NCBI RefSeq assembly: GCF_001194135.2
Contig: NC_068984.1
Location: 28,052,711 to 28,109,025, forward strand
Direction of reading: 5' to 3'
DNA length: 56,315 nt
DNA from: Octopus bimaculoides
Taxonomy: Eukaryota
Shown here: positions 52,364 to 56,315 of the stretch, piece by piece
How positions within the stretch are numbered: the first letter of the stretch is position 1
Layout: the number at the start of each line of letters is the position of its first letter
Translations under genes and position numbers: made by a program
The notes under the pieces: generated by a model
What the model saw: the letters and a program-made list of their open reading frames with translations, nothing else
Database searches by the model: none
Told to the model about the DNA's origin: nothing

Positions 52364-52930
52364 CAGGCGTGGCAGAGTGGTAAGAAGCTTGCTCCCCAAC
52401 AACATGGTTCCAGGTTCACTCCCACTGCGTGGAACCTTAGGCAAGTGTCTTCTATAGCTTAGAGCCGGCCAAAGCCTTGTGAGTGGATTTTATAGACAGA
52501 AACTTAAAGAAGCCTGGCACGTGCATGTATGTCTGTTTTTTTCTTTTACTTGGTTCAATTATTTGATTGCGGCCATGCTTGAGTACCGCCTTGAAGGGTC
52601 TTAGTCGAAGAAATTAACCCCAGGACTTATTCTTTGTAAGCCTAGTACTTATTCTATCGTTCTATCGGTCTCTGCAAAAGAAACTTATGGAGTAAGTACT
52701 AGGATTACAAAAACTAAATGTCCTGGGATCGATTTGTGCCTGTATTTGTCCCCACACCATCGCATGGCAGCCAAGGCTAACGTGTTTACGTCCCCGTAAC
52801 TTAGCGGTTCGGCATAAGACACTGATAGAATAAGTACTAAGCTTACAAAGAATAAGTCCTGGGTTCGATTTGTTCGGCTAAGGGCGGTACTCCAGCATGG
52901 CTGCAGTCAAATGACTGAAACAAGTAAAAG
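52364..52930 (+). mobile_element. SINE family A copy containing an inverted family A 3' fragment (~52540-52675)
   Basis: Head at 52364-52515, antisense 3' fragment at 52540-52675, and sense 3' half at 52740-52930 ending CAGTCAAATGACTGAAACAAGTAAAAG. Confidence 0.88.
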
Positions 52931-52974
52931 AATATATATATATATATATAATAATAAGTACGAGCGTTAAACAC

Positions 52975-53640
52975 TTTCGGTATGCAGATTAGGGACTCCT
53001 TCATAGAGTAACTGCTGCATTTGTTGAGTATATAAACAGTTTGGCTGCTTGTTTGTCTGGAGACTGTCAAAATGATGTGAACGCCTCTCATGAGAACCCG
53101 TTGAGGTTCGCGAAATCTATTAAGGTTGCCATGTTTATAATTATACCATATGTTACATATGAGATATATATGGGTACAGGATGTCACCAACGGTGCAAAT
53201 GAGATGAGATACGTAAACGAATGAGGAAAAAACGAGTGAAATACGTAAACAACAAGCAGGACAGACATATATATGTATATATATATTTATTACATAGAAA
53301 AATGCGAGCATAAACAGTAATATTCTTAAGAGGAATTTCAACGATGTTTCGTGGTCTGCTACCACAACAACTCCTTTATAGGATCCAGTTAGCTCAAGAC
53401 ATCATCAGGAGGAACCACGTCCGGTTTCGGCCCCTACTCCTCTACCGTTTTGATGTGGCGGGGCCACCCCTTTTCGGAGGTGTCTTCAGCTCTGGTGTTG
53501 GGTGCATGTCTTCTTTCACTGTTTGTGACTGTTCTAATTCAACTGTGGAATGTCCCTCGCTATGGTTATTTTTCAGGAGGTTCTGGACAAGTTATTACAC
53601 CTGGAAAAGTATAGGGTAAGCTATTACTTCTAGTTAAGTA
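52975..53640 (-). mobile_element. PLE-like terminal (pseudo-LTR) region with several hammerhead-like cores
   Basis: The minus strand has CTGAAGA...GGCCGAAACCGG (53489-53421), CTGATGA...CCACGAAAC (53408-53346) and a degenerate ATGAAGGAG...CCGAAAG near 53010-52975. No coding evidence. Confidence 0.45.
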
Positions 53641-53963
53641 AAGAATAAGAAACTCCTTAAAATATTGCAGCAAAGTACGCCAGTTCTTCTAAGTTACAGT
53701 TCTCATCTTTTTAATTTATTGTACAAACCTGTTCAGCTAATTTGTAAGTTTGTCTAATTAGTCACTTTTTTCTGTATTTCAGGTAGTAAATTAGCCAAAT
53801 TCTGCTTAAATAAGTATAGTGTTATTTGTAAACTATAATAAAATAATTTTTTATATTCAAATTTTAATTTTAGCTGCAATATTTTAAGTTAAAAGTTTCT
53901 TATTCTTTACTTTACTAGAAGTAATAGCTTGTCCTGTTCTTTTCCAGGTGTAATAACTTGTCC
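53585..53963. repeat. ~90-bp inverted repeat (53585-53671 / 53873-53963); the right arm overlaps a 2x29-bp tandem repeat (53921-53977)
   Basis: GGACAAGTTATTACACCTGGAAAAG...CTATTACTTCTAGT..GTAAAGAATAAGAAACT...AAAATATTGCAGC is mirrored on the right. Confidence 0.85.
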
Positions 53964-54859
53964 TGTACTTTTCCAGGTTTATAACCTTAAGAATATTACT
54001 TTTCATGCTCACATTTTCCATGTAATCCATGATTTTTCCAGGCATTACTGTTATAAGGTAATTAATAATGTGTCAATTAATAATTTAAGATTTTAACTTA
54101 TAAAATACTGAAAGATAATATTTCAATTTTTCCATGTAAGTGATGATAATATTTCAATTTTTTTCATGTTTAATTTGAATATATGTTGTGATTGAATTAT
54201 ATGATGTTACTCATCCACACCAAATTAATGGCGGGGAATGTTACCATGTTGTTGGTTGCACCATGGCTCTCCGAAAGTTACAAACAACAAGACCCCAAAA
54301 CCCACCAGTTACCAGGCTCCCTTAAGTAACCTAGATTTTGAGTTGGGGATAATAGCACTAACTGCTACTAATCTCGATCTATCAATAATTATTTAATACA
54401 ACAGTAATTAAAAAAGCATATCAGATATACACAAGTTAAAATTACCTACATCCCATTAATATAAATTTGATTTATGAAAAATCCCTTTTAATTAATTTAG
54501 AAATTTAAAAAGTAAATTTAAAATATAAGCACTTTTAACCAGTGCCTTTTCTGGGCAGCCTTACTACATGCCAGAAAAGGACTGCTCATAGAGACACGGC
54601 CAAAATTGACTATATTCCTACCTCAATAAATTTAGATGCGCATATCTGAAGCATATAACACATTAATGAACTAGCGTGATTAAATAATTAACTAAAAGGA
54701 AAAGGAAGGCAACTAAAAAGGAAAAGCAAAAGAAGCAGAAAGCAAGTTAATTAAAGTTGAAAGAGAAAATTAATAATGAAAGTTAAACCTACCCTAATTC
54801 AACAGCATATTCAAAATAACTTTATTAAATACTTAATTAAAAAAATAAAATATACTAAA

Positions 54860-54965
54860 TGTGAGGTCGACCTCGGTGGAAATTGAACTCAGAACGAAAT
54901 GACAGACGACATACCGATAAGCATCTTACACGGCGTGCTAACGTTTCTGCAAACCCGCCGCATTA
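54860..54965 (-). mobile_element. SINE family C head
   Basis: Reverse complement GGCGGGTTTGCAGAAACGTTAGCACGCCG...TCGTTCTGAGTTCAATTTCCACCGAGGTCGAC. Confidence 0.75.
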
Positions 54966-55915
54966 GAATATGAACATTCATTTTAGAAATATATTCTTAT
55001 CTTAACATTATAGCTTGGGGTGTTACTTCTTACTTCTTCACTTACTGACAATAAATTTCATGACATTTCACCTCATAACTTTTTCTACTAATTTTTGTTC
55101 AATGCGACTAACGATTCTGAATTCCCCATGCATTTTTCTATTATTTAAGACTAAGAAAAGTTTACTTTTATTTTTAAATAAAAAGATTTATGTTAATTGA
55201 AGATGAATAGGTGCCTTACTGCCCCCACCCCCTTGAGATCGCAGATATTTTAATGTAACTTTTTACTACTGAACCAAATCTCAAACTATTTATGCCAAAG
55301 TGTAGCTGAGGAGGTGTCCTTTTTAAAACTGTTAACAGTTTGCAATTCAGTTGAGAACTGAATTAGTAGTGAAGCTTGGAAACTACTGCGATTGACGAAA
55401 TGGTGGACTTAAGAATATGTTCAACCACTACCGTGGTTGAATGATATATGAGAAATAACGAAAAAGAAAAGTTTATACTATTAGTTCCTACGTACGTTTC
55501 ACTATTGCGATCGCTTGGAACTCTGCATTGGATGTTCCAAGTGCATTTGAATTCTTAACCAGAACAGTAACCAGAGAACACTTAAATGCATTCATGTACA
55601 GGGATCTAATGTGCGTGGAGCTCTAAACTTAACTGTAGCAGTCCTGTATCTATTTGTACACACATGATACAATATATATATATATATATGTATGTATATT
55701 TATATATACACACAAGAAAGGAAATGAATTTCCTATACGGAACAAAAGTTGGCACTCATTAGAAGTAAGAGACTATAAAGTAATATAGGTTTCCATGAAA
55801 AGGCAATTTCCGAGATAATGACAATCGAAACACATTATTTTCCTCAATAGATTTTTCGAAAAGCATAACCCCTCACACGAAATATACAATATGGTATATA
55901 ATATATAATATATAG

Positions 55916-56315
55916 ATACTAAAAATTTATAATAATACGTTCTTCTTCAATGGTAAGAACTATATCCAAATTAAAGGCACGGCTATGGGGACGAGGTTTG
56001 CCCCCGTTTATGCGAATTCGGTGATGGGTTACTTGGAACAAAAACTCTACCAGGAAATAGAGGAGAGATATAACACCGAATTTAGGAAGCTTATAGAAAA
56101 AGCATGGAAGAGATACCTGGACGATTGCTTCATAATCTGGACCAAACGTCAAAGCATTGTGGAAGAATTTAACACCCTCCTGAACAACCTACACCCATCC
56201 ATCCAATTCACAAAGGAGATGAACAGTAGCAAATTACCATTTCTAGATATAATGGTAATTAAAAAGAACACCGCCATTACCACAGATATATATTACAAAC
56301 ACACAGACACACACC
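55916..56315 (+). mobile_element. Penelope-like element reverse transcriptase (Neptune-type), 5'-truncated, open frame to the window end
   Basis: 133 stop-free codons: NNTFFFNGKNYIQIKGTAMGTRFAPVYANSVMGYLE...WKRYLDDCFIIW...FNTLLNNLHPSIQFTKE....LPFLDIMV....ITTDIYYKHTDTH. Absent from the ORF track because the frame has no stop in the window. Confidence 0.95.

Overview
This is AT-rich, microsatellite-dense animal DNA with many N gaps, most likely from a coleoid cephalopod (Octopus-like). That call is inferred from the tRNA-derived SINE families, the RTE LINE type and the microsatellite load; it was not verified by search. I cannot support any host protein-coding gene, and almost all long ORFs in the track are artefacts of N gaps or microsatellites. 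The window is largely made of decayed transposons. It holds two RTE LINE fragments, at least three distinct Penelope-like (PLE) lineages, two R4/Dong-like REL-LINE 3' ends, four Tc1/mariner-superfamily relics, a Helitron-like non-autonomous element, a foldback element with internal (TAACCC)n, Gypsy-type pol relics, a 151-bp solo LTR with a 5-bp TSD, and at least four SINE families. One PLE is near full length with a nested SINE, and another has a stop-free RT running off the right edge. The most interesting unexplained signals are a minimal hammerhead-ribozyme-like motif with a U3-A8 core covariation (4688-4724, minus), hammerhead-like cores with enlarged stem II regions next to a ~90-bp inverted repeat (53.3-54.0 kb), a cluster of perfect hairpins at 55.3-55.6 kb, and the telomeric-repeat foldback element (17.0-17.6 kb). 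All family calls come from my manual translation and motif recognition; no database search was run.
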